From NCBI GenBank assembly GCA_028534125.1, contig CM052817.1, positions 86,802,001 through 86,866,000 on the forward strand: a DNA stretch of 64,000 nucleotides, given 5' to 3'. Position numbers and translations under genes: made by a program. This DNA is from Lama glama (taxonomy: Eukaryota). Below the pieces are notes generated by a model. The model had not been told where the DNA came from. It worked only from the letters and a program-made list of their open reading frames with translations, and ran no database searches. This document shows, one piece after another, positions 1 through 13,125 of this stretch. The stretch's first letter is position 1; each line of letters begins with the position of its first letter.

Positions 1-1034
1 CCTATACTGTGGCAGGCTATGTCTTCGATCTGGGGTCTAAAACGAGCTAAAATGGCTAATGTCCCTGTTTTTATGAAATTCAGAGAATACTAATTGCAGA
101 AATAGGAAGAAAATTGCAACTATGGTAAGATCCACAAAAAGAAGTTACAGCAAAGAAGATGAGAACATTTTCTTTTCTGAGAAAATTAGAGAAAGTATTA
201 AGAAGAAAACAGATTGAGTTGAGATATGAAAGATGAGAGATCAGATCATTCAAATATGAGTCACAGTACACACAAAAGCCCTTGAGAAGGAGGAAGGATT
301 ATAACTGCATAAACTAAGACTAGTGTCCCTGGACAGAAATGGTTAAAATGCGTACCAAATGAGTAGACTAAGTAGAGGTTAGGGAGGGAGAAGACATTTC
401 ATACAAACCCTATGGTACTTTAGTCTTTCTCATCTTTCAGGCTTCAAAGTGTGGATGAAAATAATTAAATGAAAACTCTTGAATGAGGGTCTAGGTAGGG
501 GATTGCAGAAGAAGGGGTAGGTAAGAAGGGACTTATAACTGAGATACAGTTGCTGGGGCCCATATTTAACAGTTCTTGCCTGCAAAATGCCACAGCCAAT
601 GGCCTGGAAGAAAGGCTCCTTGGGGACCATCATTTCAAGTGACTGGCCCACAACTCACTCAGAGAACCCAGCACAGCGGCCTTCACGCAACTTATTACAG
701 CAGTTTCTCCGTGGGATAAAGAAAAACAAACAAAAAAACCCTAACAGTAGTAGCAGTAGTTGTTGTAGTAATAAATAATAATACAAATTTGCCTCAAGAC
801 CTTGCAACCAAATTTCCATTTAATTTGATATCAGATTAAGCTGGAGACACTTCATGTCCTAGTATTCCACATCACTTAATGACCTTATGAGGAAAATCTT
901 TCCATCTATATCCAAGTTATTCATACTCCTAAACATAGGGGTAAGGAGAGGCTCTTATATCTGGAATTTGAGGCTAAATTAAAGCACATTAAAAGATCCA
1001 AGTTAGGGACAGTGGGGAGTGACAATCCTGTTAA

Positions 1035-1135
1035 GATAATATTAACTACTGTTTATGCAGTGTGTATTCTAAGCCACACACTGTGATATACCCTGTAAAT
1101 ATCCTAATTGTATTCTCACAATAGTTTCATTTAAA
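1035..1135 (-). mobile_element. MIR fragment
   Basis: Degenerate match to the reverse MIR 3' end (..tttatgcagtgtgtattctaagccacacactgtg..tattctcacaatag). Confidence 0.5.
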
Positions 1136-1199
1136 TACCACTACCATATTCAGGATGTTAGGGGCTGCAAATTTGATTAAGAACACTTATCTATGTGGG

Positions 1200-1700
1200 T
1201 TTTCAAAAATCCACATCATCCTTTATACTCATCAACAGTGTTGAGTGATGAAGGGAGGTTGAGCTATATGATGTCTGGAAAGATGTCATGGAATTTGATG
1301 ACCGGATGCCTTGGTAAGGCCAATACTCATGGAGTAGTGGGAGAGGAAGTCGGGTACAGAGGGAGGAAAAGTAAAAGAAAGGTGAGAAAGTAGAAAGTGA
1401 ATGTTTAGTTTATTCATAAGAAAGCTCATAGGAAGGAAAATTATAGGGACTTAGGTGAAGACAAAGATTACTTTATCTTGAAGAAACAGAGTAAGACATT
1501 TTAGGAAGAAGGAAAAGAAATAATGACAAGAAACAAATTGAGGAATTCAGAGATCAAAGATGTAACTAATGTCAGAATGTTTCAGAGGTGACAGGCAGCG
1601 GTGCGACTGAGAATGTGCAGGTGGAGTGCTGTGCCTTAGAAAGGAGAAAGGGTAGCTCTTCCTTTGACGCAGAAGGGAGTACAGTAAGACCATATAAAAA
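1200..1700 (-). mobile_element. L2 fragment
   Basis: Purine-rich degenerate L2 antisense motifs (gatgtcatggaatttgatgacc..ggagtagtgggagaggaagtc..ggtgagaaagtag). Confidence 0.5.
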
Positions 1701-1879
1701 AGACATACAAACAAATTACTGCAGAAGCTATTATTTTTCTTCAGAACAACAGAAACACTGCATATTCTGGAATCCAAGGCTCTCTATTAATTGGTACTGA
1801 ACTGCCCTTCCTTCTCAACATTTCACAAACCAATCCTTTATACAGGCTAAATTGCTATATTCATTGTCATTGTTATCTG

Positions 1880-2110
1880 AATACAAGTCCTATTTTCCCA
1901 CTTCAATGTCTCATTTAAGGGATTCTCCTGGCACAGATGTCTCTCCCTGCCCATCCCAGCCACTCTCATCTCTTGCGTCCAGTGCAAATTTGCCTCCTCC
2001 ATGAAGCCTTCCTTAAAAGCACATTTTAAAATTATCAGTCATTCCTTCTTAGAAGGGATTGCATGCACAAAATATTAATCATTTATCTTAACATTTCTGG
2101 GAATAATTTC
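1880..2110 (+). mobile_element. L2 3' fragment
   Basis: The motif caaatttgcctcctccatgaagccttcct is typical of the L2 3' region. Confidence 0.5.
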
Positions 2111-2894
2111 ATGCATTCTACCAGATAGATGATCTATCTATCTATGGTTCACAATTAACCCCGAAGTATGGTTTCACCTGAAATATTTTATTGGTAAGTT
2201 TGCATTTTGTTTATAAATAAATCTTTTCTTTCATTTCAAAACTAAGTGTACAAATGCTTAGTTTCAATATCAATATTATAAAATTATAGGAAAACTGAAA
2301 TTATATTTAAAGTAATCACAAGCTTGATAAATACTGAAACACAATCTCTACAAATCTACTGACCACTGATTATTAGCACAAGGTTTGTCTTTTACAGTCT
2401 CCACATAAACATGAAAAATAGCTGTACGTCATTGAAAATATGGAATAAAGCACTTCCTTGCATAAAAAACTGAATAGTATCTGAATTAAATATAAAACTA
2501 GTATTCATGAAATTTGTAAGTTTCTGTAAGGATCAACTGAATTTAGATTCAAAGCAAGTAAAAATCTGAACAGGTATATGAACAGCATTTTTTGGAAAGC
2601 AAAATTTGGCTTTTGGTGGAAAAAAACATATCTAGATATGCAATTGTTTTTATAATCAATAGAATTGCAGCTTTGTTCAGTTATATCCAGTTGAGCAAAC
2701 ATTTTAATACAAGACATTGTGTGAAGCACTGAGCATACAATCGTAAATAAAGCTCAGAAAGATTTCCTTCAGGAACTATTTTAGATTGGTATTTACTACT
2801 TTAGTTAACACATTCATTCATATTTTCTTATAATGAGTAAAAATACAAACTCATTTTACATATGAATAAGTAGCATGAGAACATAGGATAATAG

Positions 2895-3115
2895 CCATAA
2901 AGATAATGACGCTTTTGAAAACTTGCTATGTGCAAGGCACTCTGGCACACACTTTATATCAATTATCATATTCAGTCCTTTCAAACACACCATAATGTTT
3001 TAGATACTTTGGATATTCATCCGTTAATTATTAGGAACATGAAAATTAGGAAACATAAATTATTTGTACAGCGTCACATAGCTAGAAAGCCAATTGGAAT
3101 CCAGGTACTCCCAAT
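2895..3115 (-). mobile_element. MIR
   Basis: acttgctatgtgcaaggcactctgg..gtcacatagctagaaag..ggaatccagg follows the reverse MIR consensus order. Confidence 0.7.
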
Positions 3116-3977
3116 TGAAGAAAGCAAGGAAATATCTAAGAATCTTCACATAAAAAGCCTGCATGAATAAACAATATTTCTATGTAAGTCCTGACCTGAA
3201 GTTGGAGTTACTAGAAAGTTTGTGGATAGTAAAAGGAATGGTTTTTATCAATATTAAGAATCATCTTTTGCTCCACTACATGAATTTTTTTTAAAAAGGT
3301 TGAACCTAAACACTGGGTAAGACCCTATCTACAATATGTAAATTTAAGACTGAACATAAATAATGATATGAAATGGTATTTGCAAGAATTTCTTGACACA
3401 GAATTCAAGTTCTTCCTCTTTAAGAAACTGGGAAGACTGACATCTGTAGTCTAAAGGGAAATGTCTCTATACTGGTAATGTTCTGAATTTTCCTATCATC
3501 CTACATTTCAAGTGCTGTGTAAATTTTGTTTTCTGTGCTGTTCTTCATTCACAATATATGAGCTGAATTTGACTACATCCTCTACTCATGTTCCTTTTAC
3601 TTTTTGCAATAGGCTTTTTAGTTCTTTGCACATATCTGAAATGCTGAAATTTCAATCTTAATCATTCTTCATCTGGAAGGTTGCTACCATCAAACACTAA
3701 AAATACTGTTTGACTGCTTTACTTACTATCCCACAGTAATTTCCCTCTGATTGCTTTGCCCTGCATCTTTGTTTCTTCTGTATGTCTATCAACATCTGTC
3801 GTGTCAGATTACCCAACAGTCAGACTAAGTTCGGGACACCAGCAAAGCCAGAGAGTAGGCTTGCACACACACACACATTCATGCAGTTTTTCAAAGTAAA
3901 TTATAAGAGAGGTACTCACAGAATCTGCAGATAAAGATATTTTATTTTACAGTTCCTACTTTAACCTCTGATGATAT

Positions 3978-4136
3978 ATATATATATATAATTACTATTT
4001 TGTTGTTGGTTTTTAGGGGGAGGGAAGGAGGTAATTAGGTTGTTTACTTATTTATTTAATGGAGGTACTGGGGATTGAACCCAGGACCTCATGCATCTGG
4101 GCATGTACCCTACCACTGAGCTATACCCCCCCCTTA
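3978..4136 (-). mobile_element. tRNA-derived SINE, camelid Vic-1-like, with 11-bp TSD
   Basis: The minus strand reads GGGGGGGTATAGCTCAGTGGTAGGGTACATGCCCAGATGCATGAGGTCCTGGGTTCAATCCCCAGTACCTCCA (A box TAGCTCAGTGG, B box GGTTCAATCC). It is followed by a TAAATAAATAAGTAAACAACCTAATTACCTCC tail and an A/TA-rich end. TCTGATGATAT flanks it at 3967-3977 and 4137-4147. Confidence 0.9.
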
Positions 4137-4190
4137 TCTGATGATATTACATATAGTAGTCTGTATTTTCAGACTTTATGGAATCTCTTA

Positions 4191-4192
<2 letters not shown>

Positions 4193-4233
<41 letters not shown>
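4193..4233. repeat. (AC)20 microsatellite
   Basis: Perfect dinucleotide run read directly. Confidence 0.97.
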
Positions 4234-4234
<1 letters not shown>

Positions 4235-4399
4235 GCATAGATGTTATTGTTTGGAGATAAATCAGAACATTCTTGAACCTTCCTAAATTTATTTAATCAT
4301 TTATTTTATTTTTAATTATCTATGAAGAAGATGCTGTATAGTACTTTGAAAGAAAATCATTTGTTTCAGATTGTACATGAAAATAAACGCACAGTTGAT

Positions 4400-5250
4400 C
4401 AGTAAAAATGAAAGTCATGCTAGTTTCCACATAACTTCATTAGACATATACATACACCCCATTTAAACACTGTACACATGACCAAATATTAGACACAGAA
4501 GTGCAGAGAGAAGAGGAAAGCACAGACCTTTCAGAAAAGGGGCTATGGAAGGCTTCAGATAAGAGGTGACATTTAAGGTGGATTTGGAAAGATAGGTAGA
4601 ACACGGCAAGCCTAAAAGAGGAAGATGTTAGATAGAATAATATGAGAGAAAAGCTCACAGGTGTCAAAGCCTAAGGCAGCGGCCTGCTTTGCAGTCTATC
4701 CTTTCTTTGAGCAGCACCTGTAAAGTACCTTCCCAAAGCTAGCTCCTCCATGTCCTTCAGTTCTCAGCTTAAATATCACCTTACTTCCCAGCCAGGCAGT
4801 ATCTCCTCACAGACTGAGAAAATCTTTATCTCAGGACCCAGTTTTACTCATTTCCTTTTAACAGAGATCACTACCTGCCATTTTAGATAGTACGGTTGGG
4901 AAATCCTTCTCGAAAAAGTGCCATTTAAGCAGGGACCTGAGGGCAGTGAGGTGATAAGGCACATAAGGCTACTGAAGAGGAAGGCTCCATCAGAGGAAGC
5001 AGCGAAGGCAAAAGCATCATTAGCCTGGTGTGCTCGTGAACCACAGGGGCACCAACTTGGCTCGGGCGGCAGGGTTAACGAGGTAGAAAGTGCTAAGGTG
5101 TGAGGTCAAAGGCTGGATAATGAAGGGTTTTATAAATCATGAAAAGTAGTTTGGATTATAATCTGAATACAATGAAAGGCCATAGAGGGGATATGAATTA
5201 AAAGAAAACTGTATTTATGTACATTTTTAAAAATATGATTTATGGAAAAA
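4400..5250. mobile_element. Cluster of L2 fragments (minus ~4400-4680, plus ~4690-4880, minus ~4890-5250)
   Basis: Minus-type motifs ggaaggcttcagataagaggtgacatttaagg and aaaagtgccatttaagcagggacctgag; plus-type motif tccttcagttctcagcttaaatatcacct. Confidence 0.6.
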
Positions 5251-6639
5251 TGTCTCTAAGCTTGGCAGTGTAGTTCAGCTCAGCATACAAAAGAATAATT
5301 ACATCTCTTATACAGTCCCAAGTTCTTGGTAACAATAAAGCGATAATTGGTAAATTTATTTCCCAAAATGTTCCAGTCATTCATGTTCATCCATCTAATA
5401 GACTGATGTCTCAGGTGCAGCAGGAAACAGGATGAACAATGAGTAGATTAGGAATCTAGTCTAATCATAGGAATCTAGGTGAGGAGTGATGAAATCTTGG
5501 TTTTGTCTGCTCAGGGTGAGCGAAGAAACTCTTCATGGCTCCTAAGAAGATTTTCCAGGAGAATAAATAGATTGCACTATCGACTGTATTTTCAGTCCTA
5601 AAGACCTATTCTCTTAAACTGGGTGATATGGGTTAGGTGAATCCTGAGAGCCATATTACTTTAAAGTAGACCAGTTCTAAACAAAGTCAGAGCTGCCTAC
5701 ATCTTTATCTACCACTGATTTAGATTTCCACGGGAATTTCCATCTTATTACACCAATGAGAAACAATCAGAAAAATCTCTGTTAGACCAAAAGGTGCCTT
5801 CACATTCACAAGCAGCATGTATTGGGAATACTGCTTAATTTTCATTAGAAGCAGCTGGAATTAGCAAATTGTGACTAATGTGTCTTATTCCTAGAAAATC
5901 GTATCAATACCTTTGTAGCCTTTCCAGAAATGAGTCTAGATGCAAAACCAGGATATAAGATGCAATTTTACTATTTTATTATTAAATAACTCTGTATGTT
6001 TATAAATTTGTTTGGTTTATTTTCTATGTTACCATGAAAGAATACCGAGAAACCTGTCATTGGACTCCCAATAAATGTAAGAGAGATATAACTGGTTGTA
6101 ATCAAGAGCCCAGTTTCTTGCACGGAAATATATGAAAATGAAATTTCTTCTAGTGAAACAAATATCCAACCATCCCAACTTAGCTTCATTTAAACAAAAG
6201 GGAGAATCCTCAGTGACCCATCGCCACCAACAAGTGAACCACAACAACCTGAAGTCACTGAATAGTACCACTTTTACCAGAGCTCATGAAACAGTGTAGG
6301 CAATTTGTGTACATAGTTTAGTATTGAATAAAATAAGAAATGAAGAGATAGTATACATCTTTCGTATCTAAAGTCTCTTGGTATCCTAACACTTCAACTT
6401 TGTCATTAGTTTAAGAAAGCAAAATAAGGTCTGGGAGACAGACCTTTGGAGTGGTTTGAGGAAGGACCTCTGAAAATCCCATCCTCTGTGCATGTAACAG
6501 GACACTGGAAAAAGTTGTCAAACTTTCTACATTCATGTACCAAAAATATGGCCCCAAATGACATGGCCCCCAAAATTGCAAAAACTGAAAGAACTAGAAG
6601 AATAAATAAATTCCATAAGAATAGTTAAAGGTTTTAAGA

Positions 6640-7090
6640 TACCTCTCAGTGACTGTCAGAACAAAGGAACACAAAATTCAGCAGAGATAGAGAAGATCTG
6701 AACTATATAAGTAACAAGAGTGACCCAATCAAAACATATATAGAACGTGTACCCCTAAATTGCAGAACTCATATTCTTTCCAATTGCACATAACATGTTA
6801 GCAAACTGACTTGTATGTTGACCATAAAGCAAGTCTCAACCAATTTCAAAGGATAAAAATAACAGAAAATATGATCTGTGATCACAAAGGAATAAAACAG
6901 AGAATGAATCACAGAAAAATGACAAGAAAAATCCCAAAGTGTTTACAAATTAAGCAATACATTCTAAGAAACTAAGAGCTAAAGAAGAAATCACAATTGA
7001 AATCAGAATAGTATTTTGAGCTAAATGATTATGGAAATACAAATATCAAATCATGTAAGACAGTTAAAATTGTGCTAAGGAAAAAAAAAG
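6640..7090 (+). mobile_element. Old L1 (L1M) ORF2 endonuclease-region fragment, decayed
   Basis: The motifs agaagatctgaac..gcagaactcatattctttc..ccataaagcaagtctcaaccaatttcaaagg..tgtgatcacaaaggaataaaac are collinear with the L1 ORF2 5' part; there is no open frame. Confidence 0.8.
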
Positions 7091-7124
7091 TTCCAACTGC
7101 AGACCCTGGAAAAATTAAAAAGAA

Positions 7125-7535
7125 GACAGTAGATTTAATTGGGTCCCCTCCAAAATTATTTTGAAGGCTTAACCACTAGTAACTGTGAATGTGATCTTAT
7201 TTGGAAACAGGGTCTTTACAGATGTAATCAAGTTAGGATGAGGTCCTACTGGATTAGGGTGAGCCTTAATGCAATATGACTGGTGGCCTTAGTAGAAGAG
7301 ACCTGAAGACACAGATGAGAGACCCAAGGAAGAAGGACATCTGACAGTGGAGACAGAGATTGGAGTGATGCAGTTATAAGCCAAGAAACTCCAAGGATTG
7401 CCAGCAACTACCAGAAACTAGGAAGAGGCAAAAATTCTTCTGTAGAGCCTCAAAGGGAGCATGATCCTGGTGACAACTTGATTTCCAGCCTCACATCTTC
7501 AGAACTGTGAGAGAACAAATTCTGTTGCTTTATGT
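7125..7535 (+). mobile_element. MaLR LTR, MLT1C-like, 3' end missing
   Basis: tgtgaatgtgatcttatttggaaacagggtctttacagatgtaatcaagtta..cagagattggagtgatgcag..ccagaaactaggaagaggc..cagaactgtgagagaacaaattctgttg. Confidence 0.9.
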
Positions 7536-7559
7536 CAAATTAATGGTCAAGATTAATGT

Positions 7560-8380
7560 TTTTAAGGCCTCTCAAAATTATCCAAGGATTTTCAACCATC
7601 TAATGGGCAGTTTTTTAAATGGCTGAATCTTTGTAATAGTGAACTTTATGGCATTTTAATTTGCTCTACTGCCATCCCCATCTTCTCAGTTCTGTGTTAC
7701 CCTCAAAACCCAGCTACCCAGCAGCCACAGTAATTGAGAAAAACAACAGTGGAACAGCCAATGATGTGGGCAGAATGGACTTAAATCTTTCCAAACAGCC
7801 CCACTATCAGTGGATTTTCACTATTTGACTAAGTGTCAGCTCCGTAGAAACACCCGGTTTGCCAGATCTGTCATTATTTGACCTGCCTGTATCTCCTTCA
7901 GCTGGAAAAGCTTTAACCCCAGGGTACTTGTCAAAAACAGCAAGTAGTGATTGTTCAAATCACATCTTCCTGAGATGGCAATCTAGTTTTAAAATACAGA
8001 CACTGGCAAAAACCATAAATGAGAATCTTGTGAATAAGGTGTCCCTAAAGGGCTTTCCCAAGCTCCACCACATTCCTGGGGAACGGGGAGATCACATATA
8101 TGTGCAGGACTGTGGCCACATCTAGGAAAGACCTGAGGAGGGCTGAACATCTCAATGCTAGCTGATGTTGAAATCACTGCAGGAACTAAAAGCTAAGAGA
8201 GACCTGTAAACTTCTAGAGGATGGCAGACAAGCACCAACACACACAGGGCCCAGCAGTAAGGGCCAAATGAAAGACTAGTGATTCCAGGCTGAGCAGTGA
8301 TTTAAATGACCATACATGGAGGAAGTATGCTTTAGAAAATTAGTACAGGAAGGTCACTAAATAAAAAAACAATCATTGAC
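7560..8380 (+). mobile_element. Probable old L1 (L1M4/L1MC-type) 5' UTR fragment
   Basis: Recalled similarity of motifs such as atggcattttaatttgctc..gagacctgtaaact..acacacagggcccagcag; subfamily uncertain. Confidence 0.5.
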
Positions 8381-8384
8381 AACA

Positions 8385-8700
8385 GCCAAGGATGATATAT
8401 AATTTATCTGAGGTTAAGATGAGTTTTCCAAAGCAGTCAGTGAGTGTAAATTAAGACAGAAAGAGAGAGAGAGAAAGAGAGAGAGAATCCTGTAAGTTAG
8501 GTAGCTAAGGACAATCAGAAAAGAGGAGATAGGAAGATGCAGCTGGCCAGGTAAGAGTAGAGCTACTTGTGTGCTGTCTTAGAAGCTAACTGAAGAAAAG
8601 ATAACAAGGAGAAAGGAGTTATCAGATATGGCAATTACAGCTGACAAGTCAAACATGGAGTGGGAGATGAGGTCAGAAAAGGGAAAACTGATGGCCTGGA
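8385..8700 (-). mobile_element. L2 fragment
   Basis: ggccaggtaagagtagag..gtgtgctgtcttagaagctaactgaagaaaag..atcagatatggcaattacagctgacaagtcaa. Confidence 0.55.
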
Positions 8701-8964
8701 AATCCTGAACTTCTTAAAATGACCGAAGATTCAAAGAAGAGCATGACAGTAAGGGCAAGGCCATCACTAGGATGAGCACTAATTAACTGATATTGACTAC
8801 TTTATAAATAATATAATTAAACCCATTTGAATATCCACAGTAGATTTTTTCTAGAGTTTTATGCATCATAGAATAATTTGTAATGATAATTCTAATATAG
8901 CATATAAAGCAAATTGATTATTAAAGATGACTTTTTGAAGTCATATAGAAGTATCATCAGTTCT

Positions 8965-9300
8965 CCACAGTGTGTCTCATCAGGACAAAGGAACTCATAT
9001 AAGCTTTTTCAACAGAGAGAAGTTTATAGAGGGTATCAGTTGCATAAGTGTTTAGAGCTTAAAGCAAAAAAAAATACAAATAAGATTTTTCACAGAGATA
9101 ACAATTGGAAGCAACAACAATTGTCTGAAAGACTGTTGAACAAAAGGAATATGCTGGGATTATCAGACCCTAGAAGAGACTCTGTAGAGTAGGTGTTCAG
9201 AACGGGGGGCTTAGGTAAACTAGCCCTGAAACACTAGCATGACTAAGCTGGTTCTGGGAGTGAGGAAACAACCTGGAGGCTGGAACTAGTGGCTTCTGGC
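8965..9300 (-). mobile_element. Possible old ERVL/MaLR-type LTR fragment
   Basis: The opening catcaggacaaaggaactcatataagc..agagaagtttatagaggg resembles antisense LTR 3' ends; family not resolved. Confidence 0.3.
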
Positions 9301-10699
9301 AAATGAAGGGCAGTTTCACCCTCCTGAAAGATAACAGTTTAATAATATACACAATATACAAGTATGAAGCTTAACAGACTTAAAATCATTAAGCATTACC
9401 AATTAATTAATAAAATGTTATAAAAATCTCTATTGTAAATCCTGTGTTAGCTAGAAATCTGTATTTTGATTATCAAGATAAAGTGGTTTCCTGTGATAAA
9501 TGTATCAAAAGATAGAATTCCAGGTCAGAGATATTTAATTTTCATTAGGCAATGGTATATAAATAATAAAAGTTACATTTACTGCAATTATTATAGAAAT
9601 TATTACAGAAATTTTAGTAAGCACTCTTGTATCCAAAAATAATCAGAAAATTGGGTCTTTTGGTTAATTGAACATTCTTGTTAATTGACATTTGTCAAAT
9701 ATATCATACATGGATTAACAGTGTTCAAAGAACTAGAATAAAATAACACGCACTTGACATCAGAATTATGACTTTAAGGCTCTTTCTAGCTATATAATTC
9801 TGATTCTCTTCAGAATATACAAATGTTCAGACGTTAGTTAGTTAGTATGTCATTGATTCAAATTAATCAACAAATAATTGTAGTTGTGTAACATTTAGGA
9901 GTAGAAGGTGAAGCTAATAAAACTGAATTGTTACTGACTCTTAGACACAGCTTAGAGTTTGATTATATAAGTACATTTCTGAAGTAAAATTAAATTAAGC
10001 TACAAAACTTTATGGGGTAAAAAATAACTCTATATTTTTAATTGTTGATTTTCTGGATTAATGGATGCATACCCAATCATGTCTTAATATAATGATAGAT
10101 GACTCAGCAAGATACAATTACAAATATCATCATTATTTTTCTCTACATCTATATGCTCTTGGGATATATTTTTATTTCTCCTTTGAATATAATTATCAGC
10201 TAATAAACTTTTAGAATGTAATGCAAGTAAACAAGAGTTTCGTATTTGTGCTATGAAAACTATTTTTATGGTAAGCTGATTAAAGAGAGAGCATGCCATT
10301 CTTTTTGTTCTCTATTGATTATCACTAACTACTGACTGGTTCAGAGAGTTTTAATAATTCTTAAAATACTATGACTGGGACAGAAAATGTAACAAATTTG
10401 TATGTTCACTGAAAAATATAACCCTTTTCTTACTGGACCTATCAAAAACTATTATATTAATCACAGGATTAACTGATATAGGCAGAAAAAAAGGGGATAT
10501 TTTAACAAAAAGTCATTTGCTCTATGACTTAAGTAAAAAGGATATCCTGAAAACCACTAATATGTTTGAAGAAATGAAAATCCCACAATACACTCTCATT
10601 AGACAAGTATAGACCATTAAGAATAAAACTTATTATCAGTTAAAGGGCGTTTGTACTGTAATATCACTGAATGAATTCTGGAAACAATAAAGTTAAAAT

Positions 10700-11440
10700 T
10701 AGCATCAAGCATACCCTTAAGTTTCCTTAGGACCCTTGGTAATCCCTTTCACTCACATTTCCCAGCCCTCTTCTAACCCTTGGCAACCTCTGATCTACTT
10801 TTTGTCACTATATAATAACTTACATTTTCTAGAATTTTATATAAATATAATTATATAGAATGTATTTTGGGGTCTAGCATCTTTCACTCAGAATAATTAT
10901 TTTGATTCATCCATACTGTTAGATTTATCAAAAGTTAATTCATTTTTATTGCTGAGTACTAGTCCATTGTATGTGCATACAATTTGTTTATAGGTGTATG
11001 ATTAACATTTTAAGAAACTGCCAAATTGTTTTTTAAAGTGGTTGTCCCATTTTCATTCCCAGTAGCATGAGAATTCTACTTACTCCAAATCCTCACCAAC
11101 ACTTGATATGATTAGAAGTTTCAATTTTAGACATTCTAATAAGTATGCTGTGATATTTCATCATGGATTACTTTTCATTATTCTAATGACTGAAAACGTG
11201 TTTTCATTTCTAATTCTTTGTAAAGTGTCTGTTTAAAATTTGGGCTGTTTTTAAAAAAATTCCATTGTTTATTTTTCGGTTGTTGAGTTTTAAGAGTCCT
11301 TTCTATATGGTAGAGTCTAGTCTTCCATCAGATGTGTGATTTGCAAATATTTTCTCCAAGTTTGACACTTGTCTTTTGATTCTCTTTAACAGTGTCTTTT
11401 ACAGAGAAGAAGTTCTTACTTTTGATAAAGCCCAATCTGC
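10700..11440 (-). mobile_element. L1MC/L1MD-type 3' end fragment
   Basis: cttggcaacctctgatctactttttgtcactata..ttcatttttattgctgagtactagtccattgtatg..aagaaactgccaaattgttt..gatttgcaaatattttctcc. Confidence 0.9.
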
Positions 11441-11814
11441 AAAGAAAATTCCACAGATGTGTGCAAAATAGTTACATGCAATTATGGTAGTACATCAAAA
11501 TAGGACCTAACTATCTTCTTTTAATTATGGTAATTCTTATTCTGGATAATCATCATGATCATTATCATCAACAGTTTAAGCAGGTCTTCAGTCAGATAGA
11601 AGAGTTACTAGAAATAGGTAAAATGTTATTACTTTTCAACTGGAGCCCATTTCCCTTTGTATTACCAATGTGCACCATATTTCCCACACCTTCGCACAGT
11701 CATTTCCCAGAAAGAAATCTACACATTTTATTTCTGAAAGCAAGCGACACCAGTGTGTGAAAACATGCATCATTCCAGAGTATTCATGTTCGGAATATTC
11801 TAAACATCCTTCCT

Positions 11815-12250
11815 TTGGTAGGCTGGATCACTGTTCTCAATCCCTCACTCTCTGCATGTACCCGAACTTTTTTTGCCAAGTGACTTTGCTGTTCCTACCA
11901 TTAGAGTGACTGACACCACTGACGTGGGTGCAAATGACTTGCTTTGACTAATGGAATATTAGTGGATGTGACATGAACAAAGTGCTTACATATCCCTAGG
12001 TGCTTTGGCTTCTCTCTTGTGTTTCACAAGCACAATGAATGAAGCGTGCCCCTGTCGCTGTTGTCCCTTCAGTCTGGACCTCAGAACAGATCAGTAGAAG
12101 AAAACAGAGCCTGGACCAGAAGCTTGAAGCCAACCCAATTTTAAGATAAATCTACTCTCAATGACTCATGGAAGAGACGGCCAGAAAATACGTGTATTGC
12201 TTTAAGCCTTGAGTTATGCAACATTATTGCAGGAACATTTAACTACTATA
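11815..12250 (+). mobile_element. Old MaLR LTR (MLT1H/I/J group)
   Basis: tgacttgctttgactaatggaatattagtggatgtgac..gctgttgtcccttcagtctggacctcagaa..gttatgcaacattattgc. Confidence 0.75.
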
Positions 12251-12479
12251 TTTATATACATAAATTTGTGGATGATGATGGGGTCTTAATATTCAAGTCA
12301 TCTTTTTTCATGAAGAAGTAACATTCCTCCTTTATGAAGGAATATCATTCTTATAAGTGGAAAAACATCATCCTCATTGCAAAGAAGAAAAATTATGATA
12401 CCAAGAAGAATTCTATAGATAAATTCTCAAGTATATTTTTGAAAGAAAATAGGGAAACAGATATTTTAAAGTTATAACG

Positions 12480-12870
12480 ATAATGATAGCTAATTAGCAT
12501 TTCTTGAACTTTACATTCTTAGGTAGTTGGGGATAAATGTTTTATAGATATCACATCTTTTAAGGCTGACTAGTAATCCTATGAAAAAGAGAGGGATTAT
12601 TAACAGTATTACATAAAGCAGTGTTTCTCAAAGTGTAATTCCCACACTACAAGTAGCAACATCACTTGGGAGCACGTTAGAAATGCAAATTATTGGGACT
12701 CACTCAGACCTACTGAATCACAAACACGGGGAGTGAGACATAGGGATTCATATTTTCACAACTACCTAGGTTATTCTAATGCACATTCAACTTTGAGAAC
12801 CACTGAAGATGGGGGAGGGGAGTAGGAGATACAGAGGTTAAGTAAGTTACACAAATAAAACAGCTAATTA
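12480..12870 (-). mobile_element. MIR interrupted by MER5A
   Basis: The left half ends taatcctatgaaaaagagagggattattaacagtattacataaag; the right half resumes agatacagaggttaagtaagttacac. Confidence 0.6.
12619..12805 (+). mobile_element. MER5A (hAT-Charlie non-autonomous DNA transposon), full length
   Basis: 187 bp with terminal inverted repeats cagtgtttctcaaagt / actttgagaaccactg and internal gttagaaatgcaaatt..cagacctactgaatca. Confidence 0.92.
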
Positions 12871-12888
12871 ATGTTTGTTTTAGGATTC

Positions 12889-12912
<24 letters not shown>
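12889..12912. repeat. poly(T)24
   Basis: Read directly. Confidence 0.95.
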
Positions 12913-12919
<7 letters not shown>

Positions 12920-12934
12920 CAACCAGACATTCCT

Positions 12935-13125
12935 ACTTTCATTATGTGCTAGGTGTTTTGTGTACATACTCTTATTTAATACTCAGCAAACCTGTGAATT
13001 AGATACTGTCATTCCAGTTTTTACAGAGAGGGAAACAGAGCTCTTGGGTCAATAGTTAGTAAGTTGTGAACTGTTACCTATAACCAGATCTGTCCAACTC
13101 CAAACTCAATAATTTACTACTATAC
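12935..13125 (-). mobile_element. MIR
   Basis: tatgtgctaggtgttttg..ttatttaatactcagcaaacctgtga..ttttacagagagggaaacagagctc..ccagatctgtccaactccaaa. Confidence 0.8.

Noticed and set aside
2123..2139. Inverted repeat agatagat-g-atctatct
   Set aside because: Short and built from GATA/TATC simple-repeat units, so it is expected by chance.
4060..4133. Possible tRNA gene on the minus strand
   Set aside because: It has a SINE tail and TSD and a disrupted anticodon arm, so it is a retroposed SINE head.
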